A stretch of DNA of 45,380 nucleotides from Vicugna vicugna (lineage: Eukaryota): NCBI GenBank assembly GCA_013265495.1, contig MU058009.1:4049780-4095159 (forward strand), given 5' to 3'. The position numbers and the translations under genes were made by a program. The notes beneath the pieces are model-generated. The model was not told where the DNA came from. It did not search any database and worked only from the letters and a program-made list of their open reading frames with translations. Below, piece by piece: positions 23,897-36,078 of this stretch. The number at the start of each line of letters is the position of its first letter. The stretch's first letter is position 1.

Positions 23897-24375
23897 ATTA
23901 TTTAAATTTTATTTGATTGTGGTAAGAGCATTCAACATGGGACCTTCCTTCATAATAGATTTTTGAGTGTACAGTGCAGCATTGCAGAATTGCAGGCGCA
24001 GTGTTGTGAGCAGGTGCCCAGAACTGTGCCATCTTGCACAGCTCAGGGTTTAAGCCTGGGGGTTAGTGCGCCCTGCCTTCCCCAGCCTCTGGCAACTGCT
24101 GCTCTAGTCTCTGCTTCCGTGAGTTTGACTATTTTGGATTCCTCGTATCAGTGGGGTCATGCTGTGTTCTCTGTCCAGCATGATTTCCTCCAGGTTCATC
24201 CACGTCGCCACAAATGGCACAATTTCCTTCCTTTTTAAAGGCTGAGTAATAGTCCTTCGTGCACTTAAACTACGTTTCCTTTACCCATTCTTCCATCGGT
24301 GGGCATCGAGGTTGTTTCCACATCTGGCTGTTGCGAGGATGCCACGTGAACACTGGGCTGCTGGCACGTCTCCGT
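23897..24375 (-). mobile_element. L1MA/L1MB-like 3' fragment
   Basis: 'tgattgtggtaagagcattcaacatg...tctgcttccgtgagtttgactattttggattcc...caggttcatccacgtcg...tttttaaaggctgagtaatagtcc'. Confidence 0.85.
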
Positions 24376-25589
24376 GTGTCTGCTTGTCTGCTGGCCACTG
24401 TCCCCGTTAGAACCTGAGCCTCGCGGGGGCAGTCGTTTGTTTTGCTCACGGCCGTGTCCTTTGAGTCTAGAGCAATGGATGTGCTGTCCTCGACTCGGTC
24501 CCAGCACCTCTGTCCTTTGTTACTTACTAAGATGGAAAGAGATCTCAGGCCAGGGGTTAGGCTATGCTGAGAAAGAATCTCCAAGAGCAATTAGAGAAAT
24601 GATCAGCTTTGACACGCTTGGAAGTTCAAGGTCTCGTGCCTGGTTCACCGTAAGTTCTGGCCCCAGACCCGGAGCAGTGACCCACAGTCCCGCAGTCTCT
24701 CAGGTCCATGTTCTTGAGTCATGAGAAGTGTCCTGCATTAGACCCACGTCTCTTGCAAGCCTGGTTTTAGTTGACGATCCGTGCACGCAGGACCTGCTCG
24801 GACTGCCCTGCGGGCCGTTTTCCAGACTCCCGGGAGAGCGGAGACTGTTTTGATGTAAGACACATGCTTCTTGCTCCTCCTGCTGCCCGTGCCCTCTGTT
24901 CTTCCGTGCTGCTGAGGGGCTTGTCGCTGCTCATGCCTCTCTTCAGGAACTTTGCACGCTCAGTGTCATTCACTGTCTGTCAGTATTCAGTTCCTGTTTT
25001 CCTCACTGGAATGGAAGCTCCAGGAGGCATGACGCCCTGGCTGTTTTGTTTGCCTCCCTGTTGGGACCACCAGGCAAGTGCTTGGCCACCTTCAGAGAAG
25101 ACTTAGTGAGCACTGATTGATGGGTTGACTTTGCTTCACTGTATCACGGAGACGACTGGACAGGATGCCGGTGGGGGTGTCTCGCGCTTTCCAAACCTGC
25201 CTTCAAGGCAGAGGTTCCATCTCTTTTCCTCCAGATACCTCACCCCAAGTGGGCCTTCTCCCAGAAGGATGCCCTGGAGCGTGGCTGAGCGCACCCTCCT
25301 CCTTCCTTTGCTGCACGCAGATCTTTGCCCGCCGCACAGCATCTGGGTGCCCTTGCCCTGGTCTCGGGGCGCCCCCGCCATGTGCCTTTCACCTCCCCCG
25401 CCCCTCCTCCCCCATCTCTGCAGGCTTGCGTCAGCCACCCCGGATGCTGCACCTTCGTCCCGGGCCCTCCGGGCGTTTCTCCCGGGCGCCTTGTTCGCAC
25501 GGTTCCCTCTGACTGCAGGGCCCACTCCCTCCCCTTTAGCTCATCCCTTCTTCGCGTGTGTAGTTTCTGCCTAAGCTTCAAAAGACTGT

Positions 25590-25760
25590 GGAATCTGGGC
25601 AAGTCCTGAGTCTGCTTGGCCAGTAGATAACCGGTCCCCGAGCTTATGTTTCATTCCATAATCCATCAGCGGGAGGAACCACGGCACGTGTCTCACCAGG
25701 ACACTGTGAGGTTGAGTAAAACGTTGTATGCAGATGGCTTGGCCCAGAGGCAGTGATCCA
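25590..25760 (+). mobile_element. Degenerate MIR
   Basis: 'tctcaccaggacactgtgaggttgagtaaaacgttgtatgcagatggcttggcccagag'. Confidence 0.45.
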
Positions 25761-25769
25761 CAATTATAA

Positions 25770-26030
25770 GCTATCATTTCCCTTCAAAGCCCAACTCAAA
25801 GGCTTTCCCTCTGCCGCCTCTCCTCTCGTCTTCGCGGACGCGGCCTCCGTCCTTCCTCTCCAGCCTCTTGGGGGTTGCGGTGATGCCGGCCATCACTGCA
25901 GCTCTCCCTGCGTGCTCTGCCTTCCCTTTGCACATCTAAGGTGAGAACCGCATTGAAGTCAGCACCCCCGTCTTGCGTTCCCCAGGGAACTCTGAACATT
26001 GCTGTTGTTCAGTATTTTTTTAATGGACTA
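25770..26030 (+). mobile_element. L2 3' fragment
   Basis: 'cccttcaaagcccaactcaaa...ccccagggaactctgaacat...gttcagtatttttttaatggactaaat'. Confidence 0.55.
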
Positions 26031-26699
26031 AATCACCCTTCTGCTGCCCAGACTTCTTTCCAGCACGACACCCTGCAGATTAGGTGAGCATAGCCTGTTT
26101 TCCACCCTGGTGCTGGCCCTGCAGCCAGGCCCCGATTCTGAGCTCGTAGTGTGGTACCAGGAACATCGCTAGCGCTGACGAGATGAGATCAGAGGGGGAA
26201 CGGAGAGGCGCCCGATGAGGCTCTCAGCGTAACACGACGTCCCACTCGTCTTCTTTCCTTCGCCTTTGAAATAGACGATGGCCTGGAGCCTTCTCGGCAG
26301 ATGGGCCATGTTTGTGCCTTAGTCACTTAACAGCTATTAGCCTGATTCCATACACTGCAGCCAAATTAAATGATAAGTAAGAGGCTATGAAAAGCTGGTT
26401 TGGAGGCAGTGTTACTGCCTTTCACTTGACGGTCTCCTCGGGAGCACGCGCTCCCCCCCACCATGCACCTGGTCCAGGGAACACGGGGCCTCCCGGGCAG
26501 AGGCCGGAGGGAGTCGTCTGGACACTGGAGGTGGGGGAGGTCCTGGCTGTGAAAGACCTGTTTCCTCCCACCCGCCTCGCCTCCTGCCAGGGGGACAGGG
26601 CTTCAGCCCCGAGGCACGAGTCTATCTGCTTGGATGGGCCAGAAGTCGCTGTGTGTTTCAGTGGGTTGTGCAAGTTCAGCACAAGGAAGGAGCTCCCCG

Positions 26700-27095
26700 T
26701 CTTACTCCCAACCAGCCCGATGCCGGACACGCCTTCAGCGCCCTTGTTTCCTCGCGTCTGTGTCCTCGCTCACAGAGCCCTCCTGCAGGACTGCCTCCGC
26801 CCTAACCCACAAGCCCCACACACCCTCGGGGGCCAGCCTAAGTGTGCCGGTCCCCATGCAGGCGTCTCGGATTCCCAGCCTCACTCCCTCCTGCTCGTGG
26901 CCCAGCACACACGCCCCTGCGCGCCCACACACCGACCTCACGGCATTTTTCATGGTACTTACTGCTTGCACACGTGTGTTGTGGGCGTTTGTATGACATC
27001 CTAACAGAATCCAGGTTCCCGAGGGCAGAAGCTCCATCTCTCCTCTCCTACAAGTGTTATGCATGCGCGCACGCATGCATACAGTAAATGTTTTT
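26700..27095 (+). mobile_element. L2 3' fragment
   Basis: 'ctaacagaatccaggttcccgagggcaga...gcatacagtaaatgttttt'. Confidence 0.45.
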
Positions 27096-27992
27096 TACAT
27101 CAGTGCTTGCAAACTCACCAGCATTTTAACTTCATCCCCTCCCTCCCCCACTCCCGGCCTCCCCCAGCACCACAGGGAACCTAAATTCTATCTGCATGTA
27201 GGCAAACAGGTCTTTGTACTTGTAAAACATCTCTTTTCAGCTCTCCCTGCTCATTATCTCCTTGTCAAGGGGTTAGATTCCTTTTTCTTCTACTAAGCGT
27301 GGCTGCATTTTTGCACTGAAAGTTTGCCAGAAAACAAAAAAACAGTGAGCTCCAGAAAAATACAACAAGAAAGAACATTTTAAAAAAGAGGCCATCCCAG
27401 CCTCTACTGCAAGTTACTCTCCATACAGAGGCCCCCGTGGTCCGCAGGTGCTGTTGCTCTGACCCTCGGTCAGTGCTTCCTCCCCTTCTGGTTCCTCTTC
27501 CTTCCTTGGCTGCGAATCGCCCAGAGCACAGGAGAGAAAGTCAAGTTATTTCATTGTTGTGTTCCTGCCAAGTGAGATGGCACGTAGGTTTAAGGTCCTT
27601 GACCCCGGTAACACACACCGACTTGTTTTATCAATTTTGGAGAATCAGAAGGTAGCTGCTCTTCGTGGCTTCTGGACAGAAGCCAGCAAGTTCAGGTTCC
27701 TCCAGCTGCTGGCGCTGGAGAGCCTGGGGTAGAGAAGTCAGATCCTGCCTGGTTTCAGGCGTCAGGAAAAGACTGGGTGGCCTGTTGTCGTGGCAACATC
27801 TCTTGCATGTTGCAGTAAACGTGGAAAATGAGGTGCTAAGCTGTCCAAAAATAGAGGCATAATATGTCCCTTTTCCCCGCTATTTTTATGGTACTTTCAT
27901 GACACATCTTAGGACTGAGCATTGAGAACAGTATTCCTGGTTCTGAGGGTGGGGTGGGTGTGACACCAAGGCATTTAGGATGACGGAGGCTG

Positions 27993-28072
27993 AGTGTGTG
28001 TGAGTGTGTGTGTGTGTGTGAGTGTGTGCGTATGTGAGTGTATACGTGTGTGTGTGTGGGGTGTGTGTGTGC
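27993..28072. repeat. Imperfect (TG)n microsatellite
   Basis: About 80 bp of interrupted gt repeats. Confidence 0.9.
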
Positions 28073-29131
28073 GTGCACTCACAGCACTGAGGACAGACCG
28101 TTGCCAACCACTGCATATACCTAGGGAAATGCGGTGTCAAAATTATGTTAAATTCTTTGGGAAAGTGGACTTTTCTTAGCACCTAGCCCAAAGGAAGGGG
28201 CTTCGTCTAGGTCAGTAACTCCGCGGACTCGGTGGCTCCGCGGCTGGCGTTCTGTGGTGCTCCTGGCCGGGGCAGCCCGGCGCCCGGGCGAGGCTCACCG
28301 CTGCATGAAACACAGAGCGGCCCCAGGCATCCGGACTTCTGTGAAACAGGTGGATGGCAATTCACGCTTTAATGACAAAGGGCGAGGGGGAAAGGGAGGG
28401 AAGGAAAGACAACTGCTGGTAGGCTCAGACGGACTCAGTACACCAAGAGAAGGAAGATGAAGAGATTGGAGGTGAGAACAAAGAGGAGGCGAAATAAACC
28501 GTGTGCTCCAAAGAGAAGCAAGCCCTGGGCAGCAAGTCCTGTTCACCGAGCCACTCTTGAGAGGGGCACAAGGACTCCCTGTTCCTTGCCCTGCCAAGCC
28601 GCCACTGCCTCTGGTGAGATCGGTCCATCTGTCAGGTCAGAGAGGTGAATCCCTTTTATTTAATGATCTGTAATTAAAGATATCAGATGAGGGGGTCGCA
28701 GCAGCGTCTTCCGGCGCCCTTCCCGGGACAGATGCTGACGACGCTGTGATTTAAGGTAGGACCTCCTTTCCCTCAGAGTGTGGGAGCCACAGAGGCTCAA
28801 CAGCACCCAGGCCAAGCCTTCCCGGGGCGTGTGCGGCAGCTCCAGCTCTGCAGGGAGAAGTGACCGTGCTTCCCCGCCAGGTCCCTTCATCAGGTCCCCA
28901 TTCAGCCAACCGGCGGCTCGCTCAGGGCTCGCGGTGCTGCGGCAGAACCGTGCGGGTCCCTACCTGCCATCAGCACCTCCCGGGAGCCACATGCCTGATA
29001 GAAATCATCCCCCCCAAGTGCCTGGCACAGTGTGTGCTCCGTCAGCTTTTATAGAGTAAATTACGTTTTTTTAGACAAATTCGTATGTTTGTTGTGGGAA
29101 ACACTGATAAGAAATCACACACACACATACA

Positions 29132-29300
29132 CACAGTTAAAACCGTCTGAACAGCGCAGGAAGCTACATTCAGTACCTTGTAGTAACATATCACGGAAAC
29201 AAGTATGAAAAGGAACACATGTACGTATGCGTGTGACTGAATCATGCTGCACACCAGAAGCTGACACGACATGGTGAACTGACTGCGCTTCAATAAAAAA
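29132..29300 (+). mobile_element. Short LINE-1 3' UTR end inserted into an older L1M
   Basis: 'gaacagcgcaggaagctacattcagtaccttgtagtaac...tatgaaaaggaacacatg...gactgaatcatgctgcacaccagaa...cttcaataaaaaa'. Confidence 0.8.
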
Positions 29301-29339
29301 TTCTGCAATTCACAGCCCACAATTCATCATCATTAAATA

Positions 29340-29800
29340 GTTGTATGTATGTTTTCAAATTTTATTTTATGCAGTTGTATATCTAGTTATAATTTTCATT
29401 TATAAGAGCTAATCTCTATATTACACAATCTTTTATTACATGCATAACCCACGTATATAGTATATAACATACATGCATACATGTATTATCACATATGTAC
29501 ATAGTTAAAACATATAACACATATATGCAAGATATATAACATATAATATGTTACATATAATACACATGTATTGTACATAATAGATAATATAATTATATTG
29601 TTTGTGTATATGTATAATATAAATATAAAATATACAACATAATTATATATTGCTTATATATAAATATGTAATGTTTATAATATTAAAATAAATTAAATAT
29701 GCTATTATAATACTAAAATAAATTTATAATATTGCATAGAAACAACATAGAATTATACACACATGATACGTAATTATAAAACATAATATATATATGTAAC
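29340..29800. repeat. AT-rich low-complexity, degenerate (TA)n tract
   Basis: About 460 bp dominated by atat/acat/taat motifs. Confidence 0.9.
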
Positions 29801-30200
29801 ATCTTTCCATGTTGTTGACTATTTTATAAATTACGTTTCACGGCTACAAAATGTTCTGTTTTACGGACGGATCGCCGTTTATTTAATGAATAACCTCTGT
29901 GTTTGGACAGCGAGGCCATTTCCAGTTGTTTGGCTGCTGTAAATGCCACTCAGGTGAACACCTCTGCTGTGGTCTGTTGACAGCCAGGCTCCTTCCTCGG
30001 GACCCAGTCTTCCCGGGGGGCTGTCACAGGGGGCGCGTGGGCCCCGGGCACTGGGCTGTCGGGGCAGGAGCCGCTGTGCACGGCTGCGGGGGAGCCCTGG
30101 TGCCCGTTTCCTTCCTGGGTCCCCGCCCACGTCGGTGCTTGCTGGCTGCTGCGGTCTTGTCCAGGTTTGCCAGTAGACACGCCATGTCATTGTTTTAAGT
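29800..30200 (-). mobile_element. Old L1M fragment, GC-shifted distally
   Basis: 'catctttccatgtt...gtttggacagcgaggccatttccagttgtttggctgctgtaaatgccactcaggtgaacacctctg'. Confidence 0.55.
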
Positions 30201-31367
30201 TGCCTTTCTGTGCATGGCGGTGCGTGTGCGCTTCCCCCACGTGCGTGTGCGCTTGCCCCACGTGTTGATGGGCTCGCTGGCCTCTTCTCCCAGTGGCCTG
30301 CACACACGGACCCCGCCTGGGCTCCTGGCCATGGCAGGACCTCTCCTGGGAGAGAGGGCAGGTAGCATGCCCCGCCACCCGGCCCCGCTCCAGGGCTGGA
30401 TCCACTGTGACTTCAGGACTGTGCGATTTTGTGCTGGAGTCCCCACCAGGGACACCTCCTACCCTAACTCACTGGAACCAAAATGTCCCTCTCCTCAGTA
30501 TGAAGTCCATCCTTTAGCCTGTAAAAATAGCAGCAGCAAATGGCTGGAGAGGCACTCTGTGAGGTCTGAGAGTCCTGGGGCGAGGCCGCCTGCTCTTAAG
30601 ATAGCTCTGTCCTTGTCTTGCTGAATTATTTATGTAAACCTGTGGGGCAGAGGCTGAGAGAAGGCACTTCCTCTCCGCACGTGCGCCACAACTCCCAGGG
30701 CCAGGCGGGGAGGCCAGTGCCTGCGGCGTGGCTCGTACCTGGAGTCGGGGAGTCTGCCATTGATTTTCTTCAGAACAGACCTCTCTGCCGAGGGCACGAC
30801 CCCACGAGCCGGCCCCGCAGGGACCTGGGCAGAGGCAGGCAAGCAGCCCGGGGAGCTCCGCGTGCTGACTTCACCTCTGCTCGTTCCGTCACTTCTTCTA
30901 CCGTCTGGACCTGAATGGCAAGGAGAAGACAGGTGCCTCCACACCCAAGTGGGGACAGTGACCTGGACCACCTGAAAGTCCTGGTTATTGAAGGCGCAGC
31001 TGCAGCCCTCAGCACTACAGAGGCATTTGGGAGCGGTGGGAGGTTCGGAAAAAGATGACAGGCGTGATGCTCGAGCTGATTTCTCCCGAGCAGAGGTGGC
31101 TGCAGCGGGCTTCCCCACACGCTTTATGATACGTTGTTATCACTTTGAGTCGCCTGCCACGTTTTCCAGTTTTGCTAAGTGGGGAGGCTCTTAGGAAGGA
31201 GAAGACCTGCAGAATCCTCCTGGTCTTCAGGCTCCCTCCGTGCACGGATTCCTGCTGATGCCTGTCTCCGTGCAGCGGGGCCGTGGTGCAGGGGGAGGCA
31301 TGTCCCCTACCTTCCAGCTCAGGGACGAGGTTCTTGCTTCACTTTAATGAGCTACCTTCTCATTCCT

Positions 31368-32150
31368 TTAAAAAGTTCACAGACAATAAGTGCTGGAGTC
31401 GGTGTGGAGAAGAGGGAACCCTCCTACACTGCCGGCGGGAATGCAGTTTGGTGCAGCCACTATGCAAACGGTATGGAGATTCCTTAAAAACTGAAAATAG
31501 ACTTACCCTATGATCCAGCAATCCCACTCCTGGACATATATCCAGATGGGACTCTGATTTGAAAAGGGTCCCCAATGTTACCCCAATGTTCACAGCAGCA
31601 CTACTTACAATAGCCAAGACATGGAAGCACCCTAAATGTCCATCAACAGATGACTGGATAAAGGAGTTGTGGTATATTTATACAATGGAATACTACTCGG
31701 CCGTAAAAAATAATAAAATAATATCATTTGCAGCAACATGGATGTAACTGGAGACTGTCATTTTAAGTGAAGTAAGCAGAAAGAGAAAGAAAAATACCAT
31801 CTGAGATCAGTTATACATGGAATCTAAAAAAGAAAACACACAAATGAACTTACTTACAAAACAGAAAGAGACTCACAGACCTAGAAGACAAATTTATGGT
31901 TATGGGGCGGGGCAGGAGAGGAGAGGGATAAATTGGGAGTTTGAGGTTTGCAGATACACACTAGTACACACAAAACAGATGAGCAGTGAGTTCCTCCTGT
32001 GGAGCACAGGGAACTCTATTCAGTATCTTACAGTAGCCTATAGCGAAAAGAGTACGAAAAGCAATGTACGTGTGTATATGTGAGACTGAAACATGCTGTG
32101 CCCCAGACGTTGACACAGCCTTGCAAACTGACTGTAGTTCAATTTTTAAA
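31368..32150 (+). mobile_element. 5'-truncated LINE-1 (ORF2 C-terminus plus 3' UTR), camelid-like
   Basis: Frameshifted ORF2 remnants: AGVGVEKREPSYTAGGNAVWCSH and [54 protein letters not shown]; 3' UTR follows. Confidence 0.95.
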
Positions 32151-32489
32151 ACTTGCATTTCTCTCCCAGCGAGCTGTCTTTCCACCAGCTGATGGAAAGC
32201 AGGCTCAGTGCGTGGCCTCCCCTTCGCTCCCGGTCAGGCCGCACCCATTTGGGATGAAGGGATGCACGTGGGGCTCAGAACTGAAAGGGACATTGAACTC
32301 CAGGGTCTGCCGCGAGCTAGCTGTGTATTATTAATCAGCTTCCTGAGCTGTTACACAGGACGGGCCAACGCGCTTTTATTGCTCCCGGGTCTATTTTTCG
32401 GTGTCTGCTCCATGTCCTGCAAGTCACCTCGTTTACTCCTGTTCGTCTTTCTTCTGCTAGGTAGGGAAGCGCATCGCACATTTACATGC

Positions 32490-32660
32490 CTGGTAGCTGA
32501 GAGTTGAAGAGGTCTGGGGTCGCACAGGCTAGGCTTTAAATGCCGGTTTTTATTCTAGCACAAATCTTGTTCTCTCTTCAAGACACTGCAGCTGCCTGAC
32601 TTCACAGGGCTGTTTCGAGGAGCCGATGATCATAATATATATGAAAGCTAAAGCAAAACA
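32490..32660 (+). mobile_element. Degenerate MIR
   Basis: 'caggctaggctttaaatgccgg...cctgacttcacagggctgtttcgaggagccgatgatcataatatatatgaaagc'. Confidence 0.55.
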
Positions 32661-33315
32661 GTCTAACCGTTGTTTGGTGGTGTTATTATTGCTTCCATAT
32701 TCGAGTCACCGTCTGTTATGGAAAGGCACGTTTCCAGAGGCCCTGGCTTTGAAGGGAAGCAACACAACTTGGAGACGCAAAGGGATGGGGAGTTAGAATT
32801 GTGTCTGTTCATCCCAGGAAGCCACGTCCACCGTGTTCCACAAGGTCCACGTGGCACACAGGAAGCTCAGCCGCAGGCCCGCTCTGGGCGCCGCTGCTCT
32901 GGCCGCAGAGGACCGGGCTCACCTCGCCTCTTTGCCTACGTTCGCTTGCGCGAAAATCGTCCTGAAATATGTCCTTGCGGCTGCAAACCTGGGACTCCAG
33001 GTCTTACTCTTGATTTCTTTTATTTTTATCTGTTATCCAAGCAACACAAGTACAAATAAAGGTGGAAAGGAAGGGTTTTAATTGCCATCCTGCTGGCCTT
33101 GAATTTCCAGGTTCTCTATAGCCTTCTGCCTCCCTGGAACATTCTGAAATGTGGAAGATTATTTTGTCATCTTACCCTATTTTCTTAATCTCAAATTGGT
33201 GGGTGTGAAGTTTCAATATTAATGAAGACTTTTTTAGAACCAGAGAGCAGAGAATTCTTCCACAGGGTGATGTAGAGATGGATGAGGGTGGATAGATTGA
33301 TATGCACATCTCTCT

Positions 33316-33339
33316 ACACACACACACACACACACACAC
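33316..33339. repeat. (AC)n microsatellite
   Basis: Perfect ac run. Confidence 0.95.
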
Positions 33340-34035
33340 AGACGCGCACAAACCCCCCTCCACGCCGTGGCTTCACGTGGAATGCTTAAAGATCTTGGAA
33401 ATTCTGCTCTAGGAATGGAAGCCGGGGAAGCTCCAGGCTTCATGGTTGATTGCTTTTCTGATTGGTGCCGTAAAAAAAAATGCATTAGAGAGAATGTTTG
33501 ATTTAAAGAGCGCCTGGATGCCGACACCACCTCTGTTTGTTTTCCTTCCTTTAGCAGAAACCTTGTAAAAGTTTTATGAAGCATTAATGGCTCTGAGATT
33601 TTCTCAAGCAGGTTTTATGAGGTGAGCTTAATCCCACACATCCGACCCAATTTAGCAGTCCTTAGAGACACAGAACATAAAAAGCACTTGGAAGGTACCC
33701 TGGGTGCCTCGGTGCCGGTGGGAAAGGAGCGTCCGGCGGGGAAAGGGTTTTTGCTCACCCACATGCTTTGATGGGAAGTTCAGCCCCCGCTGGGTGGTGC
33801 AAGGAGTAACCGTGCAGGAGGGGTGATGAGACGTCCTGGCCACGGAGCATACCCGCGGGTGAGCCCAACCTGCGGGTGTTAAACCTCAGTTCGTGGTTCA
33901 GCACTGACTGCAAGGACTACCCCCGTATAACTCCACCCATCAGTGAGAAAATCGCATTAGGATAAACAAAAATTTATTTGTATCAACAGCCTCTGTGATG
34001 TCAGCCTGAAGTCAGTGGCTTTGATCTCCGAGAGA

Positions 34036-34044
34036 CACACACAT

Positions 34045-34075
<31 letters not shown>
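34036..34075. repeat. (AC)n microsatellite, one interruption
   Basis: acacacacataaacacacac... Confidence 0.95.
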
Positions 34076-35818
34076 GCCCTCTCCCTCAACCCTGATTTGT
34101 TTTCTTTAACTGAAACAAAAGAGCTTTGAAGATGGCAAGTTACATTTTGATGCGCGCATCCGCTTTCTGTAACGTGCAGTCAGGCAGTGACGCGTGTCTG
34201 GGCGGAGGAAAGCGGGCACTTGGAGGTGTCCCCCGTTTGCCCGGTGACGCTGTTTTATTCTACACGGAGGGCCCTGGCGCTCGCTGCGGGCCTTCTGCTA
34301 GGCTTACTGTCAGCGGAGCAGAGGTGGCAACGTCTTCTAGACAAACAGGAAGGCCCGTCAGCGCCCTCCCGGGGAACCTTGGGGGGCCTGTGGTGTCACC
34401 CAACTTCCAAGCCACCAGGCAGCCCGCCCCAGGGTCCTGGGTGCTGCCAGGAGACGCGAGACCTCAGTGCTCAGCGCAGTGAGCGGCGCGGCTTTCAAGC
34501 TCCCCTCAGTCCCTTTTGTTCTTCAAGTCACAGGAGGGTGTGTGCGGTGCAGGTGGGTGCCCGGCACCTTGGGAGAGGGGCGGGGGGACCAGCGGACGTG
34601 AACGGGGGTGTGGTGAGGGCGCAGCAGGAGCAGGGCCGTGCCCGCCATTCCTGACAGACCCTCCGGAAGGTTAAGGGGAGTAGCAGTCGGACTGCGGTCA
34701 GAGCCGTCGGGGCAACGGCAGTCCCAGGTAGATCAAGGTGCTCGCCACATGTGGGAGAGCCGCCCCGGGCCGTCTTCCTTGTGAGTGAGCCTCCCTGGCT
34801 GGCTCGAAAGGACAAGAGAGGCCCTCTTCCTCCCCGTCCTTCCCAGGGTCTGGGTGTCCCTCCCAGGTGCCCGGGCCTTTGCTGGCTGCCCCTGCAAAGC
34901 TGGTGGTCATATCCAATAGCTGAAATGTCACCCTTCCCAGGCATCACCCCTCTGTGCCTTGGTCTTTCCTGCAGAAAAGTCAGGTGCGGGGGTTCAGGGA
35001 CGTTTTTACGAAAGTTACAGAGACGTGTGCCGTCCCCGCGTCGGCCTGTGCCGGCCGCTGTGGAGCGGTTTGGACAGGAGTGTGTGGAACCCCGTGGCCG
35101 TTGTCCGTGTGGTCCTGGACCGTGTCAGTCCAGCAAGAGAATCCAGGAGGTTGACTGGAATTAAGCTGGAGCCCTCCGGGTCCCTTCTTGGCCGGGCTGC
35201 CACCCAGAGGGGGACCAGCCTGGCTGGCCTGGGGCTGCTGCTGCAGGAGGGAAAGGTCAAGGCAACAGCTGACTTCTCGGGGGAGGCTCTTACGACCCGC
35301 TGTTTACTTTGTCCTGTTCGCTGTCCAGGAAGTGGCTGAAAAGAGATGGTCTCTTTCTTGGAGCAGCCACCGTCAGGAGCCAGAGTGATGCGCTACGGTG
35401 TGTGGGTGGGGAGGGGCCGGGGAATAGGGTCTTCCTGGTTCAGGTTTTCAGAGGCCGTTGCCACAGTCCGGGAGGCCAGGTGCCGGGGCTGCGAGGAGGG
35501 CGAGGGCCCGTCGGCCCTTGCTGGGTCGCGGCAGCGATGAAAGGCGCGCGTTGCTAGACTGCAGTCGCTCCAAGAAGCTCAGCACACGGCCCACGGTGGT
35601 TTCAAGGGCCGTGGAGGTTGTGGCTAGAACGAGCAGACGATACTGGAATTGCAGCACTGAGGCCAAAGAAGTGTCCACTGCGGCGAGGAGGCCGCGTCAA
35701 CAGCCCGGAAGCAGGGACTCAGGGGTCGGATGCTGTCAGCCTTCAGCAGTGGGCGGGGCGGCGCGCCTGCCAAGCGGGTACCCCGGGGAAAACAGGTGGC
35801 CCCTGCATCACAACGTGG

Positions 35819-36078
35819 TCTTTTTTTTTTTAAATGGAAGTACAGTCAGTTACAATATTATGTCTATTCCTGGTGCACAGCACAGTGCTTCAGTCGTACA
35901 TACACATACGTACCTTCCTTTTCACATCCTTTTTCATTATGGGTTAGCACAAGATATTGAATATAGCTCCCTGTGCTGCACAGTGGAAACTTGTGGTTTT
36001 TCTATTTTGTATATAGTAGTTAGCACTTGCAAATCTCAAACCCTCAATGTATCCCCTCCCACCCCTTCCCCTCCTGGT
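35819..36078 (-). mobile_element. Short LINE-1 3' end (camelid-like)
   Basis: Poly-T then 'gaagtacagtcagttacaat...caagatattgaatatagctccctgtgctg...gcaaatctcaaac...cccctcccaccccttcccc'; degenerate TSD aacgtggtcttt / agcgcagtcttt. Confidence 0.9.

Noticed and set aside
26387..27004. 205-aa ORF
   Set aside because: GC-rich, partly L2-derived, no domain.
30221..30263. Two-copy 21-bp tandem duplication (similar small ones near 2606, 19060 and 38997)
   Set aside because: Ordinary slippage duplications with no further structure.
31360..31747. ORFs with real protein similarity
   Set aside because: Frameshifted LINE-1 ORF2 C-terminal remnants, not a host gene.
33555..33621. + strand exon-like segment (tttag|cag...gag|gtgagc)
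   Set aside because: Stops in all three frames and length not 3n; at most a non-coding or poison exon, with no evidence.
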